NCBI RefSeq assembly: GCF_963921235.1
Contig: NC_086097.1
Coordinates: 124,312,001-124,376,000, forward strand
DNA length: 64,000 bases
Reading direction: 5' to 3'
Source of the DNA: Mobula hypostoma
Taxonomy: Eukaryota
The notes under the pieces were generated by a model. It saw only the letters and a list, made by a program, of their open reading frames with translations, had not been told where the DNA came from and made no database searches. The position numbers were made by a program, and so were the translations under genes. Below, piece after piece: positions 52,225-64,000 of this stretch; position 1 is the stretch's first letter, and each line of letters opens with the position of its first letter.

Positions 52225-53330
52225 AATCTGAGGATGCTGGAAATTAAAGTAATACACACAAAATGCTGGAGGAACTCAGCAGGCTAGACAGCATCTATGG
52301 AAAAGAGTAAACAGTTGATGTTTTGGGCTGAGGAGGGAGGAGTAGTAGGGGCAGGTGTGGCACTTGTTCTGCTTGCAAGGAAAAGTACCAGAAGGGAGAT
52401 CAGTGGGGAGGGACGAATGGACAAGGGAGTCACATAGGGAGCGATCCCTGCGGAAAGCAGAAAGTTGGGGGGGGGGTCAAAGATGTGTTTGGTGGTTGGA
52501 TGCTGTTGGAGATGGCAAAAGTTATGGAGAATTATATGGTGGACACAGAGGCTGATGGGGTGGCAGGTGAGGACAAGAGGAACCCTATCCCTGGTGGGGT
52601 GGTGGGTGGATGGGATGAGAGCTGATGTGCACGAAATGGAAGAGATGTGGTTGAGGGCAGCGCTGATGGCAGAGGAAGAAAAACCCCTTTCTTTGAAGAA
52701 GGGGGACAGCTCATTAATTCTGGAATTAAATGCTTCATTCTGAGAGCAGATGTGGCGAAGACGGAGGAATTGAGAGACGGAGATGCTATTTTTAGAAGAG
52801 ATAGGGTAGAAAGAGATTTAGTCCAAGAAGCTGTGAGAATCAGTGGGTTTAAGAAAGATATTAGTGGATAAACTGTCTCCAGGGATAGAGACAGTGTGAT
52901 CGAGAAAGAGGAGGGAAGTGTCGGAATTGGACCAGGAAAATTTGAGGGCAGAGTGGAAGTTGGAGGCAAACTTTATGAAGTTGATGAGCTTGGCATGGGT
53001 GCAGGAAGCAGCACCAATGTAGTCCTCGAAGTAGCATAGGAAAAGTTGGGGAGCGATACCAGTGTAGGCTTGGAACATAGACTGTTCCATGTAGCTGATA
53101 AAAAGGCAGGCATAGCTAAGATCCATGCAAGTGCCCACAGCTACACATTTTGTTTGAAGGAAGGGTGAGGAGCCAAAGGAGAAATTATTGAGAGTGAGGA
53201 CCGGTTCTGCCAGATGGAGGAGGTGGTGGTGGAGGGGAACTGGTTGGGTCTGGTGGCTAGAAAGAAGCGGAGAGCTTTGAGGGTTTCCTGATGGGGGATG
53301 GAGGTGTATAGGGACTGGACATCCAGTGCC
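52225..53330 (-). mobile_element. Penelope-like element RT fragment with inverted terminal piece
   Basis: ALDVQSLYTSIPH, MGTCM..SYACLF, YFEDYIG (degenerate YxDD), LFLD, KPTDSHSFLD. Confidence 0.85.
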
Positions 53331-54117
53331 ATGCAGTTTTCAGACCGTGTAAAAATTTCCTGCTCAGAGCAATGGTTGGCCAATGCAGCTATAAAAAAAT
53401 TAGAGAGAACGTTGCCTTATGGGTTCATGGGGAGAATGTACCAACTCCTTACAGAGAGCAGCAGGAATTGAACCCTGATCTTACAGCTGGCTGCTGTAGG
53501 GCGTTGCACTAACTGCTATGCTACCATGCTGAAATACGACCTCTGCGATTTCCAACAGGACCTCACCCTCATTCACGCAATTCCTAGCAACCTGGTGCAC
53601 ACCAGTTAGCGGGAGCATTTTGGCCCTTAGAAGGATGCCCTCAAGACAACCAGGCAACAGCAGTGCAGTGTGTGGCGATCACGGAGAGAGGGAGAGAACT
53701 CCCACACTCTCTCAAAAGGACATGAGAGAGCTGGTCACTGAGATCCCACAAAGGGCCCAGGCCAAAAACGTCGGCTGTTCCTCCTTCCACAGATGCTGCC
53801 TGGCATGTTGAGTGCTTCCAGGATATTCTATTTCAGATTTCCCCTGCGTGCAGTTTGTTTTTAATTTTTGTAATTTAATTCACAGAATGCTGCTGTTGTA
53901 GGAGGAAAAGCAGAGCCAATATAAAGTAAATGTTGCATCTTTAAGGGAGGTGGAAAGGGAAGGAGACTCAGCAATTTGCAAACATAATTTTTGTGATGAC
54001 AGGATAAATTGAAGCAGCTGCTTAAAAATTATATGGTGCCTTGGGCTTTATGAAAAGATGTGCAGAAAACAAAATCAAAGATGTCATGCTGAGTTTTAAA
54101 AATCACTGACATGCCTT

Positions 54118-54650
54118 GTACAGAGGCTACTTTATTAAGTACGTCTGTACACCTTGTTAATGCAAGTATCTAATCAGCCAGTCATGTGGCAACAGCTCAA
54201 TGTATAAAGGCATACAGACATAGTCAAAAGGTTCAGTTGTTGTTTAGATTAAACATCAGAAAAGGGAAGAATAAGACCTAAGTGACTTTGACCGTCGGAT
54301 AATCGTTGGTGCCAGACAGGGTGGTTTGAGTCTCTCAGAAACTGCTGATCTCCTGGGATCTTCATGCACGACAATCTCTAGAGTTGACAGAGAATGGTGT
54401 GATAAACAAAGAACTATCGGCAAAAATGTTTTGTTAATGAGGGAGGTCAGAGGAAAATAGGCAGACTGGTTCAAGCTGACAGGAAGGCAACAGTAACTCA
54501 AATAACCACACGTTACAACAGCGGTGTGCAGACGAGCATCTCTGAAAGCACAACATGTTGAACTTTGAAGTGGATGGGCTACAGCAGCAGAAGATCACAA
54601 ACATACATTCAGTGGCCACTTTATTAGTCACAGGAGGCGCCTAATATATA
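54118..54650 (+). mobile_element. Non-autonomous Tc1 element
   Basis: IVGARQGGLSLSETADLLGSSCTTISRV remnant; cagtggccactttattag repeats. Confidence 0.8.
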
Positions 54651-57600
54651 GTATTTGTATGTGACGTATAGTACAGCTGCTGCAAAACAAATTTCCCAAT
54701 TTATGCCAGTGATAATGAACCTGATTTTGGTTTTGGCTATACATTGAGTTCAGCTTCTCAGTTAATCCACAGGAGCTCCTGAGTTCTATTTGCCCAGTCA
54801 TCTGATTCTTTGTGCGCTGTGGTATTATTTGACCTGCTTTGGTAAGACTGCCATGGAAACAAATAAATCGTGCAGTTTCATATCATAAATCATTTAATTT
54901 ACAAGACAATTGTCTTAAACATACCATTTCAACTTTAATGACCTGTTCTCAATGGAATAACAAAAAATGTACCAGTGAAACATAGTTTGCCTTTACCTTT
55001 ACTAATCTTCACAGTCTTATGTTTTCTTTCAAAGTATGTCTGAGTGGCACAGACACCCAGGATGCCAGAGCAAAATGAATTGCAAGCAACTGTCTGCTTA
55101 TTGCTGAAAACCACAGCAGCCTGTTGATGTAACCACTCCCTGTTTTCTGCTTTGTTCTTGGCTTGTTTGGTGTAAAGCAAGTCTCACAGAATCTGATCGT
55201 CTCCTTTTGGTTCAATACATGACATTTTGTACCTAAAGGTCAGACGTGGACTCACACAAGTGAAGCCAATAAGTATATTACATAATGTTTAAATTATTAG
55301 CATTGCCCTTTCAAGAACAGAATAGCCTGGATTTGATTATCAACACCTAACGTGCATGCACACACACTTTTCATGATTTAGATTCAGATCTATTTATCAC
55401 GTGTACATTGGAGGATATAGCAGAATGTGTTGTTTGTGTTAACAATCAACACACCTAAAGATGTGCTAAGGGCAGCCTGCAAAGGTCGCTACGTATTCCA
55501 GCACCAACATCGCATGCCCTCAAAGTTCACAAAACAAGAACAACAAATCAACAAAAGCAAAACTAACACCTTACCTCCTTCCCACCCTTGCATACACACA
55601 CAGACAATTGTCTAACCCCAGGAAAGGCCATCTCCGGTGGACTCCCAAACCCACAGACACTGGGCCGTCAACTTCCCCAGCGGACTCACAGACCTCAGGC
55701 TTTGGCCATCGGGCCTCGACCTCCGAGTGTCCGACTTACTTTGGGCTTTGATCTTCGATATCAACCCCAGGACATTCCTCCAGCATTCTAAAGACCCACG
55801 GTTAGAGTTAAAGTGCTGTAGCACACTATGTAGGTGCTGGAAGTGTGGTCACACTTGTGGGCTGCTCTGCACAATCCCTGCTGATTTGATCTGATGCAAA
55901 AGGTGCAGTTCACTGTATGTTTTGTGTTACAATGTACATGTCACAAATAAAGATAATCTCTTAATCTCAACTAAGTTTGTCCTCTCAATTTGCCAGGGTG
56001 GGATTTGAGCACATGTCCTCTGGACCTGTCGTGTGCTATGTACGAATCCTGTACGGGATCTGGTTGGTGGGATAATTCCATCTTGACCACCACTGCCCCC
56101 CCACATTCTTATCTGCAATTGTAAACTGATTCCTGCAGGCTATTATGCACTGCAGACTCATTCTTTCCACTACAATTATTATGAGAGTGTATTACAGTAA
56201 ATCTGAGTCACATTGAAAAGTCATAATGCTAGATAAAACCAGGTGATAATGGGAACTGAGGAGATAGCTGATAACTGGAGGAAGGTTCCTCATTGACTGA
56301 ATTAGTGGTATCAGGAGGGGACTTGGACAGAGTTAGAGATTCACAGCATGGAGCCAAGCTCTTCAGCTCACAGAGTCGGTGCTGATCATCAAACTGCCCA
56401 CCATTTACATTTTATTTTATTCCCCCCACTTTCTCATCAACCCTCTTGCGATACTCCCACTTGCCCACACCAGGGAAAACTTACAGTAACCAACTAACTT
56501 GCATGTATTTGCTGGGAGCACCCATGGGAGATCCATGTGTTCACAAGGAGAACATGCAAACTTCACCCAGACGCAGCAAGAGGTTAGGACTGAACCAGGA
56601 TGGCTGGAATTGTCACGGGGCCGGCACAGATAGTAACCGTGGGAATAGACTTTTATTGATAGCTTAACTAAACCTGTTAAACACAGAGAAGAAGTTGAAA
56701 CATCACCTCCACCCATTAACCGCCCCACTCCCACCACAACTACATTATCATTTCCTGCAGATACTCCTGTACCTAATGTCACCTTATGGATATACAATTA
56801 GTCTATGTGCAGTATATAAACTAATCTTATGTATCTGTATTGTGCTTTTTAAAATGACATCCTTTACGCTGCATTGGATTCAGAATAACAATTAGTTCAA
56901 TCTCTTTTACACTTGCATACGGAAGAGTGACAATGAATAGTCTTGCATCTTGAATCCTGAAACGGGTGCTCAGAGTGTGTTGTCCGAGTGGCAAGAACTT
57001 GGAGCCTCTCAGAAAATCCCGCTCTTGTTCAATTGCTTGAGTGGCCCTCTAAAGCATAAATTTGTAAATCCGCCTCTTCCCGTAAAAACACTTCTACAAC
57101 AATGCTATAGATTCAGATTCATTTACTCATCACATGCACAGTGAAATCCTTGCTTTCACAACCAACACGACCTAAGCCTGCAAGTATCACCACAGTATCA
57201 CTATAGCAGGTCCACAATGTTCAGCAGAGTAACACAAGCAAGAACACAACAGAACAACAGCAAAACAAGTCCCTAGCCTTCTTCTCAGCCACCCGCACAA
57301 ACACACACAGACAGTCCTCTAACCCCAGGACTGGCTGTCTCTGGGTCTCCAGCCTCCATTACACTCAGACTCAGAAACACTGGGCCTCTGACTTCCCCAG
57401 TACACTTGCAGAGATTTGCAGACCCAGTCTTCAGCCTTTGGCCCTTGAGTTCCGGACATCTGATTCATCCTCAAGCTCTGTTCTTTGGTATCGACCTCAG
57501 GGCTCATCAATGACGATGAATGTGGACCCTGAGTGAGGACTCTAAACTCTAGGACTTGCTGACACGTGTACCTTAGGGTCATCGTGCCACCTGCCCACAC

Positions 57601-59425
57601 AAAACTCTGATCCCGGAACATGCTGACATTCGCTGAACTGTGGGGGCAGGGGCCACCAGCCCACATCCTCACCTGTCTGCCAGCCCAACATCTGACCATA
57701 GATGTCCTACGTCATATGTTCACATTGCTGGTCTTCGAGCATGCAGCAGTGGCCTAGACTCCAGCTTGACCTCTAATTCCTCCACAGACCTGTCCCTAAA
57801 CCCTATCCTGACCCCTAAAGTTGTTTAATATTTCAATAATTTTGCATTAATTGCATACGCCATCACGCTGCCATATGATACATGTGTGTCTCTCTTAAAG
57901 TAAAGATGAAGTTACATCCACATTCTCGGACTCCCATATTTTCCATTGAATTAGTTTAATGTTTTGAAGTTACAAAACATAACATTGACGACGAGTTATT
58001 TTTAAAACAAACTTGAGACAGCTACTGGCTTGTTAGAGCACAGCGAGACGTTTGAACTAAAAAGAAAACTTAATGAGGAACAGCAAAGCAGAGTAGCACG
58101 TGTTCTTTGGAAGGGAAGACATGATCGAGTAAATGGAAAAATTCACAGGTTCTGGGTGATAACAATCATTTAAAGAAATTGGAAATGGCTGGCTACACTG
58201 TAAAGATTGATGAGTTTGATTACACAATGGATAATTGGCTCATGCACATTGAGCTATTGGAACAGTACTTTGAAACAGATGAAATAGTCAATGAGAAACG
58301 AGTGCCAATGTTGCTAAGTGTGTTGGGTTTAAAGGTATGCAGTTTGCTTCAAAGTTTAACTGCTCCAACCAAACCGGCTAAAATGAGCTTTCCTGTATTA
58401 TCAAAGTGATATAGGAATGTTTAGAACTGAAACCATTGTTGATTTCAGAATGCTTTAGGTTTCATAAACAGAATCAAAAAGAGTGGGAGTCCATTTCAGC
58501 TTACGTGGCTGAATTGTAGAGATGGTCTGAGAGTTGTCAGTTCAGTAATGAGCTGAATGACGCAATGAGATATTGTTTAGTTTGTGGAATCTTACGAGAA
58601 AGCATGCAAAAATGCCTACTATATGAAGTACAACTTACATTCAAAAGAGCAGTGGAAAATGCTCTGTAACTAGAAACCACAGAGAGATGAAAGTAACAGG
58701 AATAAAATTGCAGTGTCTAGACAGAAACTGCCCTGGCCAGATAAATTGTATTGCTGTTGTGGAAGGGGCTCACATACATCAAACAAATGCAGGTTTAAAG
58801 GAGAAACTTGCAGCAAATGCAACAAATTAGGACATGTAGAAAGAGCATGTTGGGCAGACAATAATAAATGGTCTGCACAGGGAAGAGAAAATGCTAATAA
58901 GTCAAGTTGCAGTTTCATAAAGTGCACTAATCTGCATGCTTTTGATTTTTAAAAAATCTGATAATGATGAGAGTGATGCAGGACTGAGTACACTTGAGAT
59001 TTACAACGTGAAAGCTAACAATAGGCAAGCAAAATGACTTTTACCAGAAGTGAACAGCAAACTAATTAAAATAGAATTAGACACATTCAGCTGTTTCAGT
59101 CATTCCATAAAATGAGTCTGAACAACATTTCAAAGATATTGAACTGAAGCCTGCAGAAATCCAATTAAGAATTTATACTGGAAAAAGGATAGCTCCTGTG
59201 TGAATGACATTCGTTGGGCTTGTATGTAGCAAAAACAAGAAGGCTAGCATTGTGGGGGTGTGATTGGCTGAGACAACTACAACTTGATTGGAGACCCATT
59301 GATCATGTGCATGCCACATCCCCTGCAATGAAGCCAACAGAAAGTGAATTCAGAAAGGTACTGGATGATGCCACAACTGTCTCCATGCCGAACACCATGA
59401 ACCATTGCCCAACAGAAGACAACAG

Positions 59426-59986
59426 GTGTTGGTGCAATCCTCTGTGCCTCTGGTTGGAAAGCTTATTAGGCCAAGGAAGAACCATGCTGCTCAGAGGATT
59501 GGTGAAAGTGGTGAAAGCTATGGTCTGACTACAACACTTTTTGTAGGTAACATATCTGAGAAAGCTTCTGATATGTTAATCATACAGTTATTTACAAAAT
59601 ATGTCCTGGTTTTAAGCTGGAAGAGAGCTCAACAAGCTTTGGGAAAGTTGCAAGTATTTGGCTTTTGTGAGTATAAAGAACCAGAATCTACTCTGCATGC
59701 CTATGGTTATTGTATGAACTTCAAGTGGGAGACAAAAAGCTGCTTGTAAAGTAGATGCAAAGACCAAAGCCCAGCTGGATGAATGGAAGGCCAAAAAGAA
59801 AGCAGTCAATGGAGATACGAAAACAGAGGATTCATCAGGTGTTGTTGTGGATAAGGAAATGAAGAGTAGAGATCAGATTGTAAGGGGGGCATAGAGGGAT
59901 TAATAAGAGAATACTCCAGTGAATTAAATGCACATTCTCAAGATCGAGATGCACAAACTAGAAGAAAAAGGAAGACGAAGAAAGAT
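59426..59986 (+). pseudogene. RBM25: Intronless, frameshifted fragment of RNA-binding motif protein 25 (RRM region) inside a Gypsy element
   Basis: Conceptual translation across ~3 frameshifts: VLVQSSVPLVGK..TTTLFVGNISEKASDMLIIQL..LVLSWKR..GKLQVFGFCEYKEPESTL..ELQVGDKKLLVKVDAKTKAQLDEWKAKKKA..RDQIVRGAIEGLIREYSSELNA; matches the RBM25 N-terminal region as I know it. Confidence 0.93.
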
Positions 59987-60191
59987 CAGAACCACTTCTT
60001 GCATTCTCAGAGTCAACTCCTACATCCACCACGGAGGAGTCCCGTGCTGAAACCGCTTTCACCACCACAAGACTCACCTGCCAAGCAGAGTGATCCTCCT
60101 TGTCAGGAAAGATGTAATCCCTGAAGGGTAAGAAATCCTCCACAGTGATTAAATCTTTAAGCCTGAATGGGACAATTTAACAATTTAATAT

Positions 60192-61787
60192 TGTGATGTT
60201 GGTGGATATGGGGTCAACATCACTATCATCCGTCCTGGTGTTCTCCCCAACATGGACCAGCCATCCCTGCCTGGGTGGACAACGACGGTGTCCAACTAGC
60301 TCCGGTCACCGGTGACTGTGTGGCTATGTGAGGGAAGAGGAGGCTACGCGAGGGAAGAGGAGGCTACGCATCGCAGTGGAGCACGAGGTGTGGCTTGCTG
60401 ACATCCAAGAGTCCTGCATCCTTGGCCTGGGCCTGCTGTCCCGCTGGGCGGCCCGTGTGGATGTTTTGGGGGAACACTCTGCCTCGGTGCCGAAGCCCTG
60501 GCTCTCCTCCGGCAGGGCAGCTGCAGGAAGCGGTCCCAGCGGGAGCTGCAACCACTGCGGTTTTACAGCGGCCCGCAGCGGTGCAGTATACCCGGCAGTG
60601 GCCCAACGCAACACCGCTGAATCATGGGCAAGTGATACTGATGGCACTTCAGATGACAGCCAGCGACGACCTCCCCACTATCGACCACGAGCAACTGCGC
60701 AGTGAACAGGTGAGCGATTCAGTGCTGGCCCAGCTGAGTGTGGGACGTGGCCAGAGTGGACAGAGGTCTCCGCCCTGGACCCGGAGACCAAGGCTCTATA
60801 CTCGCAGTGGGGAACGCTGGGGGTACACGACAGGTTGCTGTTCAGGTGGTGGCAGTTGTCCGATGGTGACAGACTCCTGCAGCTGGTAGTCCCCAGGGGC
60901 TCCACGCCACGGTGCTGCGGTCAGTGCACGGGCTGGTGGGGGCCAGATATCTCAGAGTGGCAAAGACATTGGGCAGGCTGCGTGAATGCTTCTACCGGCC
61001 TGGGTACAGGCAGGTCATGAAGCTGTTTGTGCACGGCTGCATTGCCTGCAAGTCCCAGAAGGAGCTGGGCTGCCAGTCTAGGATGCCAAGGCAACAGTAT
61101 ATGGTGGGGGCCCCAGAATGGGTCTACAGCCCTTCCCAGAAGAAGGGACTATCCACCAGGCTTGTAGCCACTGGAAGGGGCTGGGAGAGGAGCTCGACCG
61201 CATCTCCGATGTGGTATATCGGGTGCGGTTGCCTGAGCAGCAGAAGGCAGTCGTGCTGCACTGGGGCCGGTTGGCACCGTGTCAGCCCTTGGCCACCACT
61301 AACCCGGCGAGGCTGAAGGAAGGAAGTGACACTCCAGGTGCCCTGCCTCTTGCATCTCACAAACAGGCGGCAGTGTCAACGTCCACCGGAACTTTTGGAT
61401 CTTGCTATGGACTCTGGGGTTGCCGAGGACGGCTGACCCCTCCAGTGGAGGCAGTGTGACGCTCTGGGTGGGGCGTGGTCAACAGCCCGCCCCTGCGTTT
61501 CTAATGACCAGTACTGTTTATTGTTCTTGTGTTAAAATGCTTTAGTGGGATTATGGTGGGAAGTTCCAGTTCGTTTATTGTTACACTTTAGCTTGGGTTA
61601 TACAGTCATTTGCTTGTGTATTTGTGAGTCACCCTGAATGTAACCGGGGTGTGTGATTGTCACCACCCCCGTCGGTATGAGACGGGTTGGGTTCACTCTC
61701 CGGGTCACAGTGTCCGGTCTGTTTCGTGTCTATCACAATAAAACGGTTGTTGAGTTAAAGAGCTTCCTCGTTTGTCATTATGGGCCA
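60192..61787 (+). mobile_element. Nested, deleted GC-rich Gypsy element (protease + integrase pieces + 3' LTR ~61455-61787)
   Basis: LVDMGS protease-like start, ADIQESCILGL, integrase zinc-finger region (SVHGLVGA..KTLGRLRECFY.PG..CIAC), W.G..RISDVVYRV C-terminus; LTR starts TGTGAC at 61455 with AATAAA at 61737. Confidence 0.8.
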
Positions 61788-62204
61788 AATGCTGAGGATG
61801 TCTGTACAGAGTAGTTGTATTATAACTTATACTGTGTGTGTAGTTGAGATGCATTCTATACTGAGTTGGAGTTTATAGCTGATTAGGGAGGAGTGTTGTG
61901 TATTTAATATTTCAATAATATTTGACTAATCTCATGCATACACATATTGGTTGATTAAGCATTCTCATTCATTTAAATAATTCATTACAGGTTATATGCA
62001 AAAATATGTTAATTGCTCACATCATCACATGACCATGTGATTCATATGGGCCTCACTTAAAGATAAAACTACATTTGCATTCCCAGACTCCCTATCTTCC
62101 TTTGAATTAGTTTAATGTTTTGAAGTTACGAAACATAGCACCTAACTTCTCCGTCTTTCTCCGAATCCATTCCTATGGACCTAAAGAACCAACTATGTCT
62201 GAAC

Positions 62205-62480
62205 TAAGAGGGTACCCATTTAAAACAGAGATGAGGAGAAATTTTTTTAGCCAGAGGGTTGTGGATTTATGGAATTCGTTGCCACGTACAGCTGTGGAGG
62301 CCCGATCATTGAGGCTGCTTAAGGAGGAGATTAACAGGTATCTAATTAGTCGAGGTATCAAGGGATATGGGGAAAAAGCCAGAAATTGGAACTAGTTGGG
62401 AGAATAGTTTAACTTATGGTGGAGTGGCGGAGCAGACTCGATGGGCCAAATGGCCTACTTCTGCTCCTTTTTCTTGTGAA
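62205..62480 (+). mobile_element. CR1 3' end
   Basis: PFKTEMRRNFFSQRVVDLWNSLP and 'tgggccaaatggcctacttctgctcc' tail. Confidence 0.85.
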
Positions 62481-64000
62481 CTACAAGCTCACCAAAGACT
62501 GCGGCGCGGTGCCACCTTCACAGGAAGATTGCTTTTCGTACGCTACTTATTCATGCTACCTTTCCAGAATCACTCAGGATGGCAGGTCGCATCGTCCACT
62601 TGTCTGACACCAGACTTTGGACCGCAGTTTTCATGAGGACAGAGAAAATATTTTGAGGAGATTCTCAAAGTCTCCATGAAAATCTCTCAATGACTTGTGG
62701 GAATCGCTGACTCATGGAAATGACTCAAAGAGGCGAGGAGCATCTGGAAGAACCCAGTATGCTTTCAATGGGAGCAGATGGAAGCCAAGAACAAAATGAG
62801 TCATGTATATCGCCTGGGAAACATTAGCTACATCAGTACACAAAGAACTGTAGTGGAACCAGTTATCCCCACACCCAAGGGAACTTTGTCATAGAAGTAG
62901 AACAAGAAGTCCATTCCATGCAAGGCTGTCAAGATAAAATGTAAAAACATGAGATTCTGCAGGTGCTGGAGATCCAGGTCAACACAAGATGCTGGAAGAA
63001 CTCACCAGGTCAAGCAGCAACTATGGAGGGGAGTAAATAATCGTCATTTCGAAACCCTTCATCAGAACGGGAATGGAAGGGGGAAGGAACCGAAAGAAGG
63101 TTGGAGGAGGGGCACCAGAGGGAGGTGATGGGCAAGTGAGTAGAGAAGAGGTCAGGGAGGGGCCAGACTGGGTAATGGAAAAAGAGAGAAGGGGGAGATT
63201 ACCCTTCTCTCTTTCTGATGTGTTAATTCACAACCAAAATATTAAATGTACTTTTACAGTTTCGTTGTTGCATGTTTGTTTGGGCTTCCTGCCTCTTTTT
63301 CAAAGTGTCTAGACCTTTGAATTCATGGCAGTAAATGTTATTGATTATGTTAAAACTCTCACAATGCATGAATACTGCTGTCTCTAAACCAAGTTTGACA
63401 AAACCTGTCAAATTTGAATGGAATAAAGGCATGCAGATTTTGAAGTGAGGCTCACAGGAGCAAGAAAATGTAATAAATTCTACATGGTTTGAAAATGTGG
63501 AATTGTACTTATGTAACTTCCTTCCAGAAAGAGATTGAGAAGAGATATTAAAACCACAGAATTCCATTATTGGAATTCATGAATTTCTATTGAAGGGAGA
63601 AAAAAAATGTTGAGGCCTTAAATAATAAAAGGAAAGAGCGTAAAGCCAAAAATCTCTAGCCATTCTCAGGCTCGAGGAGCAACACCTCATATTCTGTCTG
63701 GGTAGCCTCCAATCTGACAGCATGAAGATCGATTTCCTTAACTTCTAATAATTTCTCCCCTCCTCCTTCTCTTTTTTCCATTCCTCACTTTGGCTCTCCT
63801 CTTACCTTTTCTTTTCTCATCACCTTCCTCTGTTGCCTCTCCTCCTTCCCTTTCTCCCACGGTCTGTTTCCCTCTCCTATCAGATCCCTTCTTCGTCAAC
63901 CCTCTACCTTTTCCAGCTGCAGTATCACCTCCCAGCTTCTCACTTCGTACACTTCCCCCCCCCAACACAGCCCTCACCTGGCTTTACCTATCACCTGCCA

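Larger units (their letters stand above)
57819..62140 (+). mobile_element. Non-autonomous Gypsy LTR retrotransposon with captured RBM25 fragment; 5-bp TSD CCTAA
   Basis: 5' LTR 57819-57984 (internally shorter); PBS-like ttgacgacgag 57985-57995; decayed gag from 58185 with CCHC knuckle (CSKCNKLGHVERAC); protease remnant ~59040-59290; pol C-terminal tail ~59987-60162; PPT agggaggag 61885-61893; 3' LTR 61894-62140; cctaa at 57814-57818 and 62141-62145. Confidence 0.88.

Noticed and set aside
59405..59749. Functional RBM25 gene or exon
   Set aside because: Intronless, partial, about three frameshifts, substitutions at conserved RRM positions, embedded in an LTR element.
60324..60889. Several overlapping ORFs in GC-rich DNA suggesting a host gene or CpG island
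   Set aside because: Explained by frameshifted Gypsy protease/integrase pieces; high GC lowers stop frequency.

Overview
Eukaryotic, repeat-dominated window with no recognisable intact host gene. The repeat repertoire (CR1 with esterase ORF1, Rex1/Babar, RTE, Penelope-like elements, V-/CORE-type SINEs, Tc1 and hAT derivatives, Gypsy LTR elements) points to a cartilaginous fish, probably a ray; this is inferred from repeat families only. Nearly all ORFs in the track are decayed retroelement fragments or antisense noise. The main finding is a structurally complete, TSD-flanked Gypsy element (57819-62140) whose RT/RNase H/integrase core is replaced by an intronless fragment of the host splicing factor RBM25 containing the whole RRM; a second Gypsy is nested inside it. 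Other notable features are several Penelope-type minimal hammerhead ribozyme motifs (one in a 99-bp TSD-flanked insertion), a hAT derivative carrying a minisatellite and a young RTE LINE, two solo LTRs with TSDs, and a few non-repetitive islands that may be regulatory elements or unannotated exons. Coordinates were read by eye; TE fragment edges are approximate unless a TSD is given.
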